NCBI GenBank assembly: GCA_965215505.1
Contig: OZ244065.1
Location: forward strand, 928,001-992,000
Length of the DNA stretch: 64,000 nucleotides
Reading direction: 5' to 3'
Source of the DNA: Capsulimonadaceae bacterium
GTDB lineage: Bacteria > Armatimonadota > Armatimonadia > Armatimonadales > Capsulimonadaceae
A program made the translations under genes and the position numbers. Below are positions 40,466 through 49,835 of the stretch, piece by piece; position 1 is the stretch's first letter, and each line of letters opens with the position of its first letter. Under the pieces are notes generated by a model, which saw nothing but the letters and a program-made list of their open reading frames with translations, did not search any database and was not told the DNA's origin.

Positions 40466-41170
40466 ATGTACACCAAAGAGCAGTTCGGCAAGACCATAGA
40501 CAACACACTCCTGCGGCCCACCAGCACCCGTGACGAGGTGCTGCGGCTCTGCGAGGAGAGCGCCAAGCGGCACCTGGCGACCGTCTGCATCCTGCCCTGC
40601 TGGGTTGGGGCGGCGGCGCGCGCCCTGGCCGGGTCGGACGTCAAGGTCTGCACCGTCGTCGGCTTCCCGTTCGGGGCCAGCACCAAACTCGCCAAGGTCT
40701 ACGAGGCAAAGAACGCCATCGCGAACGGCGCACAGGAGATTGACGCCGTCCTGAGCCTCGCCAGGTTCAAATCGGGCGACTTCGACGCCGTCATGGAGGA
40801 CCTGCGTGGGCTGGTGGAGGCCTGCCGCGCGCCGGGGCGGACCGAGGAGTCCCGGAGCGTCCTGCTGAAAGTCATCATCGAGACGTGCTATTTGGACGGC
40901 GAGGAGATAGACGTGGCATCGCAACTCGTCCGCGACGCCGGGGCGGACTTTGTCAAGACCTCGACCGGCACGGCGGGCGGCGGCGCGACGGTCGAAGACC
41001 TCCGGCGCATCCGCCGGGCGGTCGGCCCCTCCCCCATCGGCATCAAGGCGTCCGGCGGCATCAAGACGGTCGAAACCGCCTTGCAGATGCTCGACGCGGG
41101 CGCGAACCGCATCGGCACATCGTCGGGCAGCGCCCTGTATGACGCCTACAACCCCCAGGATTTTGCCTAA
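40466..41170 (+). CDS. deoC: Deoxyribose-phosphate aldolase
   Basis: CTVVGFPFG, LKVIIET, ADFVKTSTG, IKASGGI, RIGTSSG. Confidence 0.95.
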   Translation: MYTKEQFGKTIDNTLLRPTSTRDEVLRLCEESAKRHLATVCILPCWVGAAARALAGSDVKVCTVVGFPFGASTKLAKVYEAKNAIANGAQEIDAVLSLARFKSGDFDAVMEDLRGLVEACRAPGRTEESRSVLLKVIIETCYLDGEEIDVASQLVRDAGADFVKTSTGTAGGGATVEDLRRIRRAVGPSPIGIKASGGIKTVETALQMLDAGANRIGTSSGSALYDAYNPQDFA

Positions 41171-41179
41171 GTGCCGGGG

Positions 41180-41542
41180 CTAGTCGCAGCCGAGACGCTG
41201 CGGCAGGGCCGTCAGGGCGAACGCCGACGGGTCGGTGTCGTCCGCGACCTGGTTGTAGAGGCTGACCGCCGCGCGGGTGTTCTGACGCCACCGGGCCGCC
41301 TCGGGTGCCGTCCGGGCCAGCCGCAGATGCCGGCGGCAGCGCGCGCAGCTCCGGTACTGACAGCGCAGCAGGGTGAGGCGGGTCGCGTTATAGGCGGCGG
41401 GCTTTGGCTGTCGCCCCTCCCCGATCTCGGCGGAGGAAAAGGCCGCCGGCCTCTGGACAGGGAGGGCGGCGACGCAAAACAGCAGGCTCAGACCGAGGCA
41501 GGGAACAATCAGGACGGAAATCAAAGGCGTCAGCTTGGACAT
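41180..41542 (-). CDS. Small secreted or membrane hypothetical protein
   Basis: Strong SD AAAGGAG, N-terminal hydrophobic helix, Cys cluster CQYRSCARC. Confidence 0.6.
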   Translation of the reverse strand: MSKLTPLISVLIVPCLGLSLLFCVAALPVQRPAAFSSAEIGEGRQPKPAAYNATRLTLLRCQYRSCARCRRHLRLARTAPEAARWRQNTRAAVSLYNQVADDTDPSAFALTALPQRLGCD

Positions 41543-41610
41543 GGCGATCTCCTTTGTAATCTTCACTGCATAAACCATGCCAAGTAAATAGACGGGGGTA
41601 TAATTTCTTT

Positions 41611-42396
41611 ATGCCCGCGTACACCACCGACGCCGTCGTCCTGCGCCGCCTGCAATACGGCGAGACGGACAACATCCTGACCCTCTACTCGCCCGACAAG
41701 GGCCGCTTCTCGGCCATCGCCAAGGGCGCGCGCAAGGCCATCTCCCGGCTGTCCGGCGCGACCGAGGTCCTCACCTGCACCCGCTTCGGCCTGGCGACCG
41801 GCAAGTCGCTGGAGATCGTCACCCAGGTGGAGGTGCAGGAGTCGTTCAGCCACCTGCGCCAAGACCTGAACCGCCTCGCCCACGGCCTCTACCTCGCCGA
41901 CCTCGCAGACCACTCGGTCGAGGATCACGCCCCCAACCCCCTCCTGTACGACCTGCTGCTGACCGGCCTGCGCCAGACCCAGGCGCTGGACCCGCCCGAG
42001 CTTGCCGCCCGCTGGTTCGAAGTCCAGCTTCTCGGCGACCTCGGCTACGCCCCCAACCTTGCCGAGTGTACCGCCTGCCAGACACCCCTCCCCGGCGACT
42101 TTCCGCGCGACGAGGTGTTCGCCCTCTCCGCCGCGCTTGGCGGCGCGCTCTGCCCCCGCCACGCCCACCCCGAAGCCAACGAAGACCACAGCGGGCTGGG
42201 CATGGGTGCCCTGCGCCTCCTGCAAACACTGGAAAACCTGGGGGTAGAAGGCGGCGTTGCGCTGGCCGCCCTCCCCGCCGCCGGCCCGAAGAGTCTGGAC
42301 CAGGCGCGTCTCGCCCTGCGCCGCTCGTTGCGGTTCCGGCTGGAACGGGATCTGAAGAGCCTGGAGTTTCTGGACAGCCTGCGGTATAGCGCGTGA
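41611..42396 (+). CDS. recO: DNA repair protein RecO
   Basis: VVLRRLQYGETDNIL, AKGARK, Zn-finger-like CTAC...CPRH, LKSLEFL. Confidence 0.93.
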   Translation: MPAYTTDAVVLRRLQYGETDNILTLYSPDKGRFSAIAKGARKAISRLSGATEVLTCTRFGLATGKSLEIVTQVEVQESFSHLRQDLNRLAHGLYLADLADHSVEDHAPNPLLYDLLLTGLRQTQALDPPELAARWFEVQLLGDLGYAPNLAECTACQTPLPGDFPRDEVFALSAALGGALCPRHAHPEANEDHSGLGMGALRLLQTLENLGVEGGVALAALPAAGPKSLDQARLALRRSLRFRLERDLKSLEFLDSLRYSA

Positions 42397-42420
42397 AGCA
42401 ACGAGGAGGGTCAAGGATGG

Positions 42421-42493
42421 GAGGGTCGGGGGACCCGACCCCTACAGGAATGGAGTCACTCGGGCCGTGTAGGGGCGGGGTCCCCCCACCCTC
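42421..42493. repeat. GTAG-type REP doublet, family C
   Basis: GAGGGTCGGGGGACCCGACCCCTAC (42421-42445) and GTAGGGGCGGGGTCCCCCCACCCTC (42469-42493). Confidence 0.8.
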
Positions 42494-42593
42494 TTCTCCA
42501 TAACTGATATTACGCACTGTCTGCCGTCTTCCCCTGGTGTGATACCCCGGCGGAGTGAGCGGGCTGAGAACGGGCTGGGTGTAGGCTGAACAG

Positions 42594-42741
42594 GCCGAGT
42601 GGTTGAAAACCACTCGCTAGGAGAAGCGTTCTGCTAACGGAAATACGGGAACGGATGTCCCTGCCCGCGAGGGGCCACCTCGGAGCCATGTCCTGTGTCC
42701 GAAGGACACCTCTCCTAGCGAGTGGTTTTCAACCACTCGGC
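42594..42741. repeat. REP-like doublet, family A
   Basis: 31-bp perfect inverted arms at 42594-42624 and 42711-42741. Same core as 1809-1833. Confidence 0.88.
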
Positions 42742-42821
42742 TCGGAGCGGCACTCGGCACGGCACGGTACACGGCGCTGCGACGCCTGCGTAACATCAGT
42801 CCATAAAGCTACGCACCCCGC

Positions 42822-44336
42822 CTACTCATACCGCAGCGCCGTATCCCCCAGCACGATGGTATCCCCCGACGACAAAGGCCGCGCGTCGGCGACGCGGGAG
42901 CCGTTGATGAAGGTGCCGTTGGAGGAGCCGCCGTCGGCGAGCAGGTGGCGGCCGTCGGCATAGGTGATGCGGGCGTGGAGGCGGGAAATGGAGGTGTCGG
43001 CGGGGAGCGGGATGGTCTGCTCTGGCGCGCGGCCGATGGTGGCGGGGGCGTGGCTGAGGGGGAAGGACTGGCCGGAATACGGCCCCTGGACGCAGACGAG
43101 CCGTGTGCCCGCCCCGCCCATGCCAGGGCTGCTCATTGCCGGGCTGGTCATCGCCGTGCCGTTCAGACCACCGATGGCGGGTCCGCTCATGCCGGGGCTG
43201 AAAACGGTGGCGTCACTGACGGGGGCGGAACCCATCTGGGCGATGACGTCGTCGGGCGTGGTCAGGGGCGGGCGGGACGGGGTCGCCGAGGCACCGGCAA
43301 GCTCCTGGCCGACATAGCGCGGCGTTCCGGGCGGCGCAGCCTGACCCGATGCGGCGGCGGGGGCACCGGCCCCGGAGCGACGGGTGGCCTTCTCGTGGAA
43401 CAGCAATGTCCGCCGGCCGACCTGGATGGTATCGCCGTCGGCAAGCCACATCTCGTTCGCGACCGGCTGGCCGTTGACCAGGGGCGGCGCGTAGGTCGCC
43501 CCGCGCTTGCCCCCCTCGCCGACGAAGCGCAGGCGGTGCCGGTTCTGGGCGGGCAGCGACTCGATGGCGATGTGGGTGGGCGCGATCTCCGGGTCGCCGT
43601 ACAGCCCGATGTCGGACAGCTCGCCGCGCCCAACCGTCGTGATCGGCTTCGCGATCAAATACTCCTTGCCCTCGTTCTTCCCCAGAACGACCCGCACCCA
43701 GGCCTGCTTGAACAGGTTCTGGACGACCCCGATGAGGAACCCGGCCAGCGCGCCGACGGCGACCAGCGCGATCAGGCGGCTGAGGGGGGCGGGGAAGTCC
43801 AGCCCGTTCAGTATCTCGAAGGCGCTGCCGCCGAGGAACCCGCCGATCAGCCCGCCGAGCGCCCCCTGCCGGGCCACCAGGGCGGAACGGCTGACGATCC
43901 CCTGCGCCGCCCCGACGATGGCCCCGATGAGGGCGTACCCGAGCGCGCGGGCGAAAAGGAGGACGAAGAAGCGGCCCGGCGAGCTGACCTCCTCGCTGCC
44001 GCTGCCGACGATGACGCCGAACACGCTCTGGCCCAGCGACAGCCCCACCCAGCCCCCCACCGCCCCGATGCCCGCGCCCAGGGCGAGCGTCTGGATCAGG
44101 CGGCGCTGCGACCCGATGGACAGCGACTCGACGACGGCCAGCATCAGGCCCAGGAGGAGGCCGAACAGGGCGCCGTAGAGCAGGAACTTCGGGTCCCCGA
44201 ACAGCCCGGACACCACCATGCGGTGCGGCTGGAAGATCTCGGCGAACCAGCCCGTCAGGTCGGTCAGTATCCAGGCGAGGAAGCCCGCCAGGCCGCCGGC
44301 GAGCAGGTTGAGGAAGGATTTGCCTAGCAGGGACAT
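42822..44336 (-). CDS. Gly-rich multi-TM membrane protein with two FHA domains
   Basis: About 6 Gly-rich TM helices. FHA1: TVGRGELSDI...VNG. FHA2: IGRAP...SISRLHA...SSNGTFING. Confidence 0.88.
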   Translation of the reverse strand: MSLLGKSFLNLLAGGLAGFLAWILTDLTGWFAEIFQPHRMVVSGLFGDPKFLLYGALFGLLLGLMLAVVESLSIGSQRRLIQTLALGAGIGAVGGWVGLSLGQSVFGVIVGSGSEEVSSPGRFFVLLFARALGYALIGAIVGAAQGIVSRSALVARQGALGGLIGGFLGGSAFEILNGLDFPAPLSRLIALVAVGALAGFLIGVVQNLFKQAWVRVVLGKNEGKEYLIAKPITTVGRGELSDIGLYGDPEIAPTHIAIESLPAQNRHRLRFVGEGGKRGATYAPPLVNGQPVANEMWLADGDTIQVGRRTLLFHEKATRRSGAGAPAAASGQAAPPGTPRYVGQELAGASATPSRPPLTTPDDVIAQMGSAPVSDATVFSPGMSGPAIGGLNGTAMTSPAMSSPGMGGAGTRLVCVQGPYSGQSFPLSHAPATIGRAPEQTIPLPADTSISRLHARITYADGRHLLADGGSSNGTFINGSRVADARPLSSGDTIVLGDTALRYE

Positions 44337-44365
44337 CAGCGTCGGGCACCTTTCGGGTGTTTCAT

Positions 44366-45070
44366 TCAGACCTTTGTGGGGGCGAAAACGACGCGGGCCA
44401 CGTCGCGGAACTGGCGGGCGCGGTGGCGCAGGCCGTCCCAGTCGCCGCCCGTGACATTGTGGCGGAAGCCGGTCGCGACCTCCTGGACTCGGAAGCCCGC
44501 CCGGAGCGCCCGGACCGTCAGGTCCACCTCGACGCCGAAGCCCGGCGCGAACGTCCCGCCCAGCGCCTCCAGGACCTCGCGGCGCACGGCGCGCTGGCCC
44601 GAAAGCGGCTGCGTGAAGGTCCGCCCGGACTGCCGCTCGATGCCCCAGCGGGCGAGCCGGACCACCATCCCGCGCCCCCCCGACCGGCCCGTGGCGGCGA
44701 AGGCGGGGTCGGGCGGCAGCAGCCCGACCGTCATGTCCGCCTCGCCGCGCCTCAGCAGCGGCAGCAGCTTGACCGCCTCACCCGCCGTCGCGCCGAGGTC
44801 GGCGTCGAGCAGCAGGAAGACGTCCGCCCGGTCCCGCGCGGCGGCATAGGCGGCGGCCAGGGCCGCCCCCTTCCCGCCGTTCCTCTGCGTCAGCACCAGC
44901 GAAGCGCCCGCCGCCCGCGCCCGGTCCGCCGTGCCGTCCGTCGAGCCGTCGTCCAGCACGACGATCTCGCCGATCTCCGGGCGGGCGCACAGGGCCTGGA
45001 TCGTGACCCCGATCCGCTCGGCCTCGTTGTAGGCGGGCAGCAGGGCGCAGACCTTTATCGCTTCGCTCAT
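44366..45070 (-). CDS. Glycosyltransferase family 2
   Basis: LPAYNEAERIG, DDGSTDGT, GKGAAL, LDAD, PLSGQRA. Confidence 0.9.
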   Translation of the reverse strand: MSEAIKVCALLPAYNEAERIGVTIQALCARPEIGEIVVLDDGSTDGTADRARAAGASLVLTQRNGGKGAALAAAYAAARDRADVFLLLDADLGATAGEAVKLLPLLRRGEADMTVGLLPPDPAFAATGRSGGRGMVVRLARWGIERQSGRTFTQPLSGQRAVRREVLEALGGTFAPGFGVEVDLTVRALRAGFRVQEVATGFRHNVTGGDWDGLRHRARQFRDVARVVFAPTKV

Positions 45071-45933
45071 GGGCCGGCCACCGTGGTCAGCGAGTCCGGG
45101 AGTGGCTGCTTGGCGGTCGCTTTCAGGCCATAGTCGCCCTTCTCGCCGCGCAGGGCGAACGGCAACGCGAGCTGGCCCAGCGGCAAATCTATACAATCCA
45201 CGGTCGCGATGCCCGCGCCCTGAAAAGCGGGGATGGACGACGACGCGGCCCCGAGCGGCTCGCAGCCGATTAGGGTGACCGGGGCCGCGTTCGCCTTGAA
45301 ACCGTCCAGCAGCGGCCCATCCAGGGCGTCGCCCACCGCTTCATCGTTCTTGCCGCCGACCAGGACGAAGAGGGTACAGGGCTGCGAAAGGTCGCCGGAC
45401 TCGGTGAGGAGGTTCTGCCCTTGCAGCGCCTCCAGCGTGGCCGCCCCCTCGCTCCCCGCCGTCAGCGCCGCCGCCAGGGCGGCCAGCAGGGCCTTATCCT
45501 GACTCGCGGCGTCGGCGGGGTCGGCGAGGGCGGAGAGCGCCTGCCGCTGTCTTGGGAGCAGCGCGCCCCACTTGTCGGTCAGGACGACCGTGGCGGCGAC
45601 CATCCCTCCCGCATCGGTGACGGCCTTGTTCGCCGCCCCGTCGGCCTCCGCATAGTCCCCCGTCTGAATCACGATGACCCGCTTGCCGGCCAGCCTGCCC
45701 CGGACGAGCGCGGGCTGGAGCGAGGCCAGCGCGGCCTCGTCCTTCACGGAGCGGCCCCGCGCGAGGTCGCGGTCCTGGGCGACTTTATTGGCCGCCACGC
45801 GCAGGTTCGCGATCGCGCCGGCCTGCTGGCGGACCTGGGCCGGGCCGATGATCGAGGCCCCGATGAGGATGCCGAAGCCCAGCATCAGGAACATCAGGCC
45901 CAGATAGAAAATATGGTAGCGGACGTCCAGCAT
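45067..45933 (-). CDS. MctB/SteB family protein (annotated as copper transporter)
   Basis: DVRYHIFYLGLMFLMLGFGILIG N-terminus, coiled segment, ATVDCID...GQ...GDYG C-terminus. Confidence 0.8.
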   Translation of the reverse strand: MLDVRYHIFYLGLMFLMLGFGILIGASIIGPAQVRQQAGAIANLRVAANKVAQDRDLARGRSVKDEAALASLQPALVRGRLAGKRVIVIQTGDYAEADGAANKAVTDAGGMVAATVVLTDKWGALLPRQRQALSALADPADAASQDKALLAALAAALTAGSEGAATLEALQGQNLLTESGDLSQPCTLFVLVGGKNDEAVGDALDGPLLDGFKANAAPVTLIGCEPLGAASSSIPAFQGAGIATVDCIDLPLGQLALPFALRGEKGDYGLKATAKQPLPDSLTTVAGP

Positions 45934-45960
45934 AAGTCAATCAAGTGGCCCGAGGCGCGC

Positions 45961-47139
45961 TCACCAGTGCAGCCGCCACCAGAGGCGGATCAGGTCGGTC
46001 ATGTTCTTCCAAATGGGCGAGTACGAGAGGACCATGATGAACGGGAACATCAGGCACAGCAGCAGGGCGATGAAGTAGCCGAAGGGCGGCTTCGGCTGGT
46101 AGATCTTGCCGACGCCCCGCGCATCCACCAGGCGCGTCCCGACTTTGAGGCGCACCAGGTAGGTACTCGCCATGCCCGCCCGGCCTTTGTCCAGAAAATC
46201 TTCCAGGTTGGAGTGCGTCCCGACCGCGACGATCAGGTCCGCGCCGTGTTCATAGGCCAGCAGCAGGGCGGCGTCCTCGCTGGTCCCCGGCACGGCGAAC
46301 AGGTCCGACTCCAGGCCCAAAGCCCGCACCCGTTCCCGGCCGGGCGCGTCGCCGTTCTTGTAGGCGTGGACGATGATCTGCGCCCCGCAGCGCAGGGCGT
46401 CATCGGAGACGCTGTCCATGTCCCCCAGAATCACATCGGGGCGGCGGCCGATCTCAAGCAGAGCGTCCGCGCCGCCGTCCACGGCGATGACGACCGGCCG
46501 CAGGTCTTGCAGGTAGCCGCTCAGGGTCGCCAGGTCTTCCTTGTACCCCTCGCCGCGCACGACGACGAGGGCGTGACGTCCGGCCATCCTGACGCGGCGC
46601 AGGGCGGGGACGTCCGTCGGGTCGAGCAGCAGGTCTTTGTCGGCGTCAAGGTACTGGAGCGTGTTGCGGGCGAACTTCTCCAGCTCGCTCCCCAGGTTGG
46701 CCCGTGCCGCCGCCGTCACGCCCGCGACCCGCGCCTCGTCCCAAGGGAGGAGCGCGTCCACCAGCCGCTCGTCCTGGAACAGCCCCCCGCTGCCATCAAT
46801 GGCGAGCGACGCCCCCTCGCGCAGACGGGCGAACTGGGCCGGCTCGGAGAGCTGGAACATGGGCACATTGGCCGCCAGGAGTACGGCCGGGCCGCGGTTG
46901 GGGTACTTGCCGCTGATGAACGGCTGGGCGTTGACCACTGCGCTCACATGGGCGTCAGCCAAGGCGCGCGCCGCCAGGGCGTCAAGGTCCGCGTGGTCAA
47001 TGACGGCGACCGCGCCGGGCCGCAGCCGCTTGACCAGGTTTTTCGTGCGCCGGTCACAGAGGGCAGGCCCCGACAGCCGGTTCGGACTTGGCAGCCGGTT
47101 TGAACTTGTGGGTGTGGAAGTGGGACGGACTAGCGCCAC
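45961..47139 (-). CDS. steA: Putative cytokinetic ring protein SteA (TPK-like domain)
   Basis: DRRTKNLVKRL, ISGKYPNRGP, VVRGEGYKEDL, VDGGADAL, GDMDSVSD, FLDKGRAGMAST, LVDARGV. Confidence 0.85.
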   Translation of the reverse strand: MALVRPTSTPTSSNRLPSPNRLSGPALCDRRTKNLVKRLRPGAVAVIDHADLDALAARALADAHVSAVVNAQPFISGKYPNRGPAVLLAANVPMFQLSEPAQFARLREGASLAIDGSGGLFQDERLVDALLPWDEARVAGVTAAARANLGSELEKFARNTLQYLDADKDLLLDPTDVPALRRVRMAGRHALVVVRGEGYKEDLATLSGYLQDLRPVVIAVDGGADALLEIGRRPDVILGDMDSVSDDALRCGAQIIVHAYKNGDAPGRERVRALGLESDLFAVPGTSEDAALLLAYEHGADLIVAVGTHSNLEDFLDKGRAGMASTYLVRLKVGTRLVDARGVGKIYQPKPPFGYFIALLLCLMFPFIMVLSYSPIWKNMTDLIRLWWRLHW

Positions 47140-47243
47140 GTTTGTTGCTCTCTCCTCCGCCTCAGTATAGCACAAAGCGCGGCAACTGTGTAGAGGGACA
47201 CGGGGAGGATGCGGAGCAGGGCGGGACGTGTCATAATGGGCAT

Positions 47244-48026
47244 ATGACACCTGAATTCGTGGACACGCACTGCCACCTGAACCATGAAGACTTCGACGCC
47301 GACCGGGAGGAAGCGCACGCGCGGGCGACGGCGGCCGGGGTGACGCGCCTGCTGTGCATCGGCTACGACCGGGCGAGCAGCCGCAGCGCGGTCGCCCTGA
47401 CTGGGGATGCGGGCGTTTACGCTGCCGTCGGCATCCATCCCGAGTCGGCGGGAGAATGGGGCGCGGAGGCGGCACAAGAAATGGCGGCGCTGTACCGGGA
47501 GGGGGCGGGCCGGGTTGCGGCCTATGGCGAGATCGGGCTGGACTACCACTGGGACACCGTCCCGCGTGGGCGTCAGCAGGAGGTCTTCGCCGCACAGATC
47601 GCGCTGGCGTGGAGCCTTTCCCCCACCCTGCCCCTGATCATCCACAACCGCGAGGCGCAGGAGGACATATTAGCCACCCTGCGCGCCTCGAAAACGCCCG
47701 CACCCATCGTCATGCACTGCTTCACCGGCGACACGGACGCGGCGCGGGCGTGTCTGGATGCGGGCTGCTATCTGGGGATCGGCGGGGTGGCGACGTTCAA
47801 GAAGTCGGACGCCGTCCGCGCCGCCGTCGCCTACGCGCCCCTGGAGCGGCTGCTGCTGGAAACCGACTGCCCGTACCTCGCCCCGCAGTTCAGGCGCGGG
47901 CGGCGCAACGAGCCGTCCTACCTTCCCGCCGTCGCCGAGACGGTCGCCGCCGCTCGGGGCCTGACCGTGGAGGAGGTCGCAGCCATGACCACGGCGACCG
48001 CCCGGTCACTCTTCGGGATGACGTGA
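47244..48026 (+). CDS. tatD: TatD family hydrolase
   Basis: DTHCHL, VGIHP, GEIGLDY, IHNRE, MHCFTG, LETDCPYLAP, RNEPS. Confidence 0.93.
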   Translation: MTPEFVDTHCHLNHEDFDADREEAHARATAAGVTRLLCIGYDRASSRSAVALTGDAGVYAAVGIHPESAGEWGAEAAQEMAALYREGAGRVAAYGEIGLDYHWDTVPRGRQQEVFAAQIALAWSLSPTLPLIIHNREAQEDILATLRASKTPAPIVMHCFTGDTDAARACLDAGCYLGIGGVATFKKSDAVRAAVAYAPLERLLLETDCPYLAPQFRRGRRNEPSYLPAVAETVAAARGLTVEEVAAMTTATARSLFGMT

Positions 48027-48058
48027 GCGACTCCCGCCCTCGTGGGCTGGATATGTTT

Positions 48059-48144
48059 GTAGGGGCGCCGCTTGCCGCACCCTCTTGTCCTGCCGCGCCC
48101 CCAGAACAGGACCATAAAGAGGGCGCGGCAAGCGGCGCCCCTAC
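48059..48144. repeat. GTAG-type REP doublet, family C, between convergent genes
   Basis: GTAGGGGCGCCGCTTGCCGCACCCTC and GAGGGCGCGGCAAGCGGCGCCCCTAC. Confidence 0.85.
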
Positions 48145-48157
48145 GGTCCGGGTCAGT

Positions 48158-48670
48158 TCATCGTGGTTCGTTCGGGGAGCGCATCAGCAAAGTCTCCAGA
48201 GTGGCCCCGATGCCCGAGGCCAGTGCCAGCAGGACGAGCAGCCAGCCCACGAACGGGACGCCGGAGGCCAGCAGCAGGACCCACAGCCCAAGCCGCAGGG
48301 TGGGCAGAGTCTCCATGTCCATCGTGGAAAGCGCGTCGGTCAGGCGCAGGCCCAGCGACAGGGCGGCCACCCCCAGCCCCAGGCTTGCCAGCGCCAGGCC
48401 GGACGCCAGTACGGCGACGCCCAGCAGCGCCAGCACATGCGTTTTGAACAGGACCCCGCAGAGGATCAGGACAAGCAGCGCGGCGGCCATCCCCCAGAGC
48501 GTCGGCACCCCGCGCCCGCCGTCGAGCCGGGCCGCCGCCCGCTCGCCCAAGTTTGCCAGCGGCGCGGCCCTCCCGAGCAGCAGGCCCAGCAAGCCCAGAG
48601 CGCAGAGGCCCGCGATCAGGAGCAGGACGACGACGGGGCCGCCCAGGAACAGGCGCTCGGAAGGATTTAT
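48158..48670 (-). CDS. Multi-TM membrane protein, probable ATA start
   Basis: The hydrophobic frame continues upstream of TTG 48592 to ATA 48670, 6 nt after GAGGAG. C-terminal PFVGWL motif. Confidence 0.7.
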   Translation of the reverse strand: MNPSERLFLGGPVVVLLLIAGLCALGLLGLLLGRAAPLANLGERAAARLDGGRGVPTLWGMAAALLVLILCGVLFKTHVLALLGVAVLASGLALASLGLGVAALSLGLRLTDALSTMDMETLPTLRLGLWVLLLASGVPFVGWLLVLLALASGIGATLETLLMRSPNEPR

Positions 48671-49209
48671 GACAGGCTCCTCTGCGCCTGCCGCGCCCGG
48701 ACGCAGAACATCGCGTTCACGGTGACGGCCCCCAGCAACGCGGCCCAGGCCCAGGAGGGCACGGGGACGCCCGCCGTCAGCGCGGCCCAGATCGTGGAGG
48801 CGTCGGTCGGGACGCCGTGCAGGTTGGAAAGCAGCCAGCCCGGCGTCTGCCGAGCCGCCACGCCCACGGTGTCCAGGCCAGGCAGCAGAAGCCCCGGCAG
48901 CAGGGCGAGGAGGACGACCAGCAGGACCGTCGCCGCCAGAGGCAGCCAGACCGGGGTGCGAGCGGGCAGTGAGGCCGGGCGAGCGGCGATCCGCGCCAGC
49001 ACATCGGCGGTGAACTTCTCACCGGGATCGTCTTGGGGCAGTGGCCGCGCCCAGCGGCCCGCCGCGCGGGCCAGGGTCCGCTGCGCGTCCCATTCCCGGC
49101 AGCAGGCCGCACAACCCGCCACATGGTTATCCAGCCGCGCCCGCTCGTCCGGCGTCAGCAGGCCGTCCAGCGACTTCAGGACTTCCTCTTGGCACGATTG
49201 GCAGTTCAT
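48667..49209 (-). CDS. Zinc-binding anti-sigma factor (ZAS/zf-HC2) with TM segments
   Basis: MNC...LDGLL...HVAGCAAC (HxxxCxxC) and two hydrophobic segments. Confidence 0.88.
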   Translation of the reverse strand: MNCQSCQEEVLKSLDGLLTPDERARLDNHVAGCAACCREWDAQRTLARAAGRWARPLPQDDPGEKFTADVLARIAARPASLPARTPVWLPLAATVLLVVLLALLPGLLLPGLDTVGVAARQTPGWLLSNLHGVPTDASTIWAALTAGVPVPSWAWAALLGAVTVNAMFCVRARQAQRSLS

Positions 49210-49835
49210 GGGTGCATATACTCCGAGAGCGCGGCGCGCAGGTGAGCACGGGCGCGGAACAGGTGCGTCTTGACGGTGCCCAGCGGGACGCCGACGGCAG
49301 CGGCGATCTCCTCATAGGAGAGGTCGTCCAAATGGCGCAGCAGGAACACTGCCCGCAGTTTAGGCGGCAGGGCGGCGACGGCGGCCGACAGCCGTTGCTC
49401 GCCCTCCTCGGTCAGCAGAGCCTCCACGGGGTCCCCGCCCACAAACGCCGGCTCGGGAACCGCCGCAATCTCCACTAGGGCCGGACGCCGCGACTGTGCG
49501 CGCAGCCGATCCAAGCAACGGTTGACTGCGATGCGGTACAGCCAGGGGCGGAACGGCTCGCCGGGCCGGAACGAATGGCGCTTGTCGTAGGCGGCGACGA
49601 ACGCCTCCTGCGCGACATCCTCCGCCTCGTCGGGCGACTGCGCGGCCAGCATCCGCCGGGCGAGGGCGACGACGCGGGTGCGGTAGCGCGTCACCAGCAC
49701 GCCGAAGGCGGCGACATCCCCGGTCGCGCGGACGCGCTCGGCCAGCGCCTCGTCGCCCGCTTCCTCCCGCGCCGCGTCTTGTCGGCTGCCCGCCATGCGC
49801 GTGATGATACCCGAGACTAGGGCCTGTTCAGGCAT
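49206..49835 (-). CDS. ECF RNA polymerase sigma factor (SigW-like)
   Basis: EAEDVAQEAF, FRPWLYRIAVNRCLDRLR, LSYEEIA...GTVKTHLFRAR. Start is uncertain. Confidence 0.92.
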   Translation of the reverse strand: MPEQALVSGIITRMAGSRQDAAREEAGDEALAERVRATGDVAAFGVLVTRYRTRVVALARRMLAAQSPDEAEDVAQEAFVAAYDKRHSFRPGEPFRPWLYRIAVNRCLDRLRAQSRRPALVEIAAVPEPAFVGGDPVEALLTEEGEQRLSAAVAALPPKLRAVFLLRHLDDLSYEEIAAAVGVPLGTVKTHLFRARAHLRAALSEYMHP

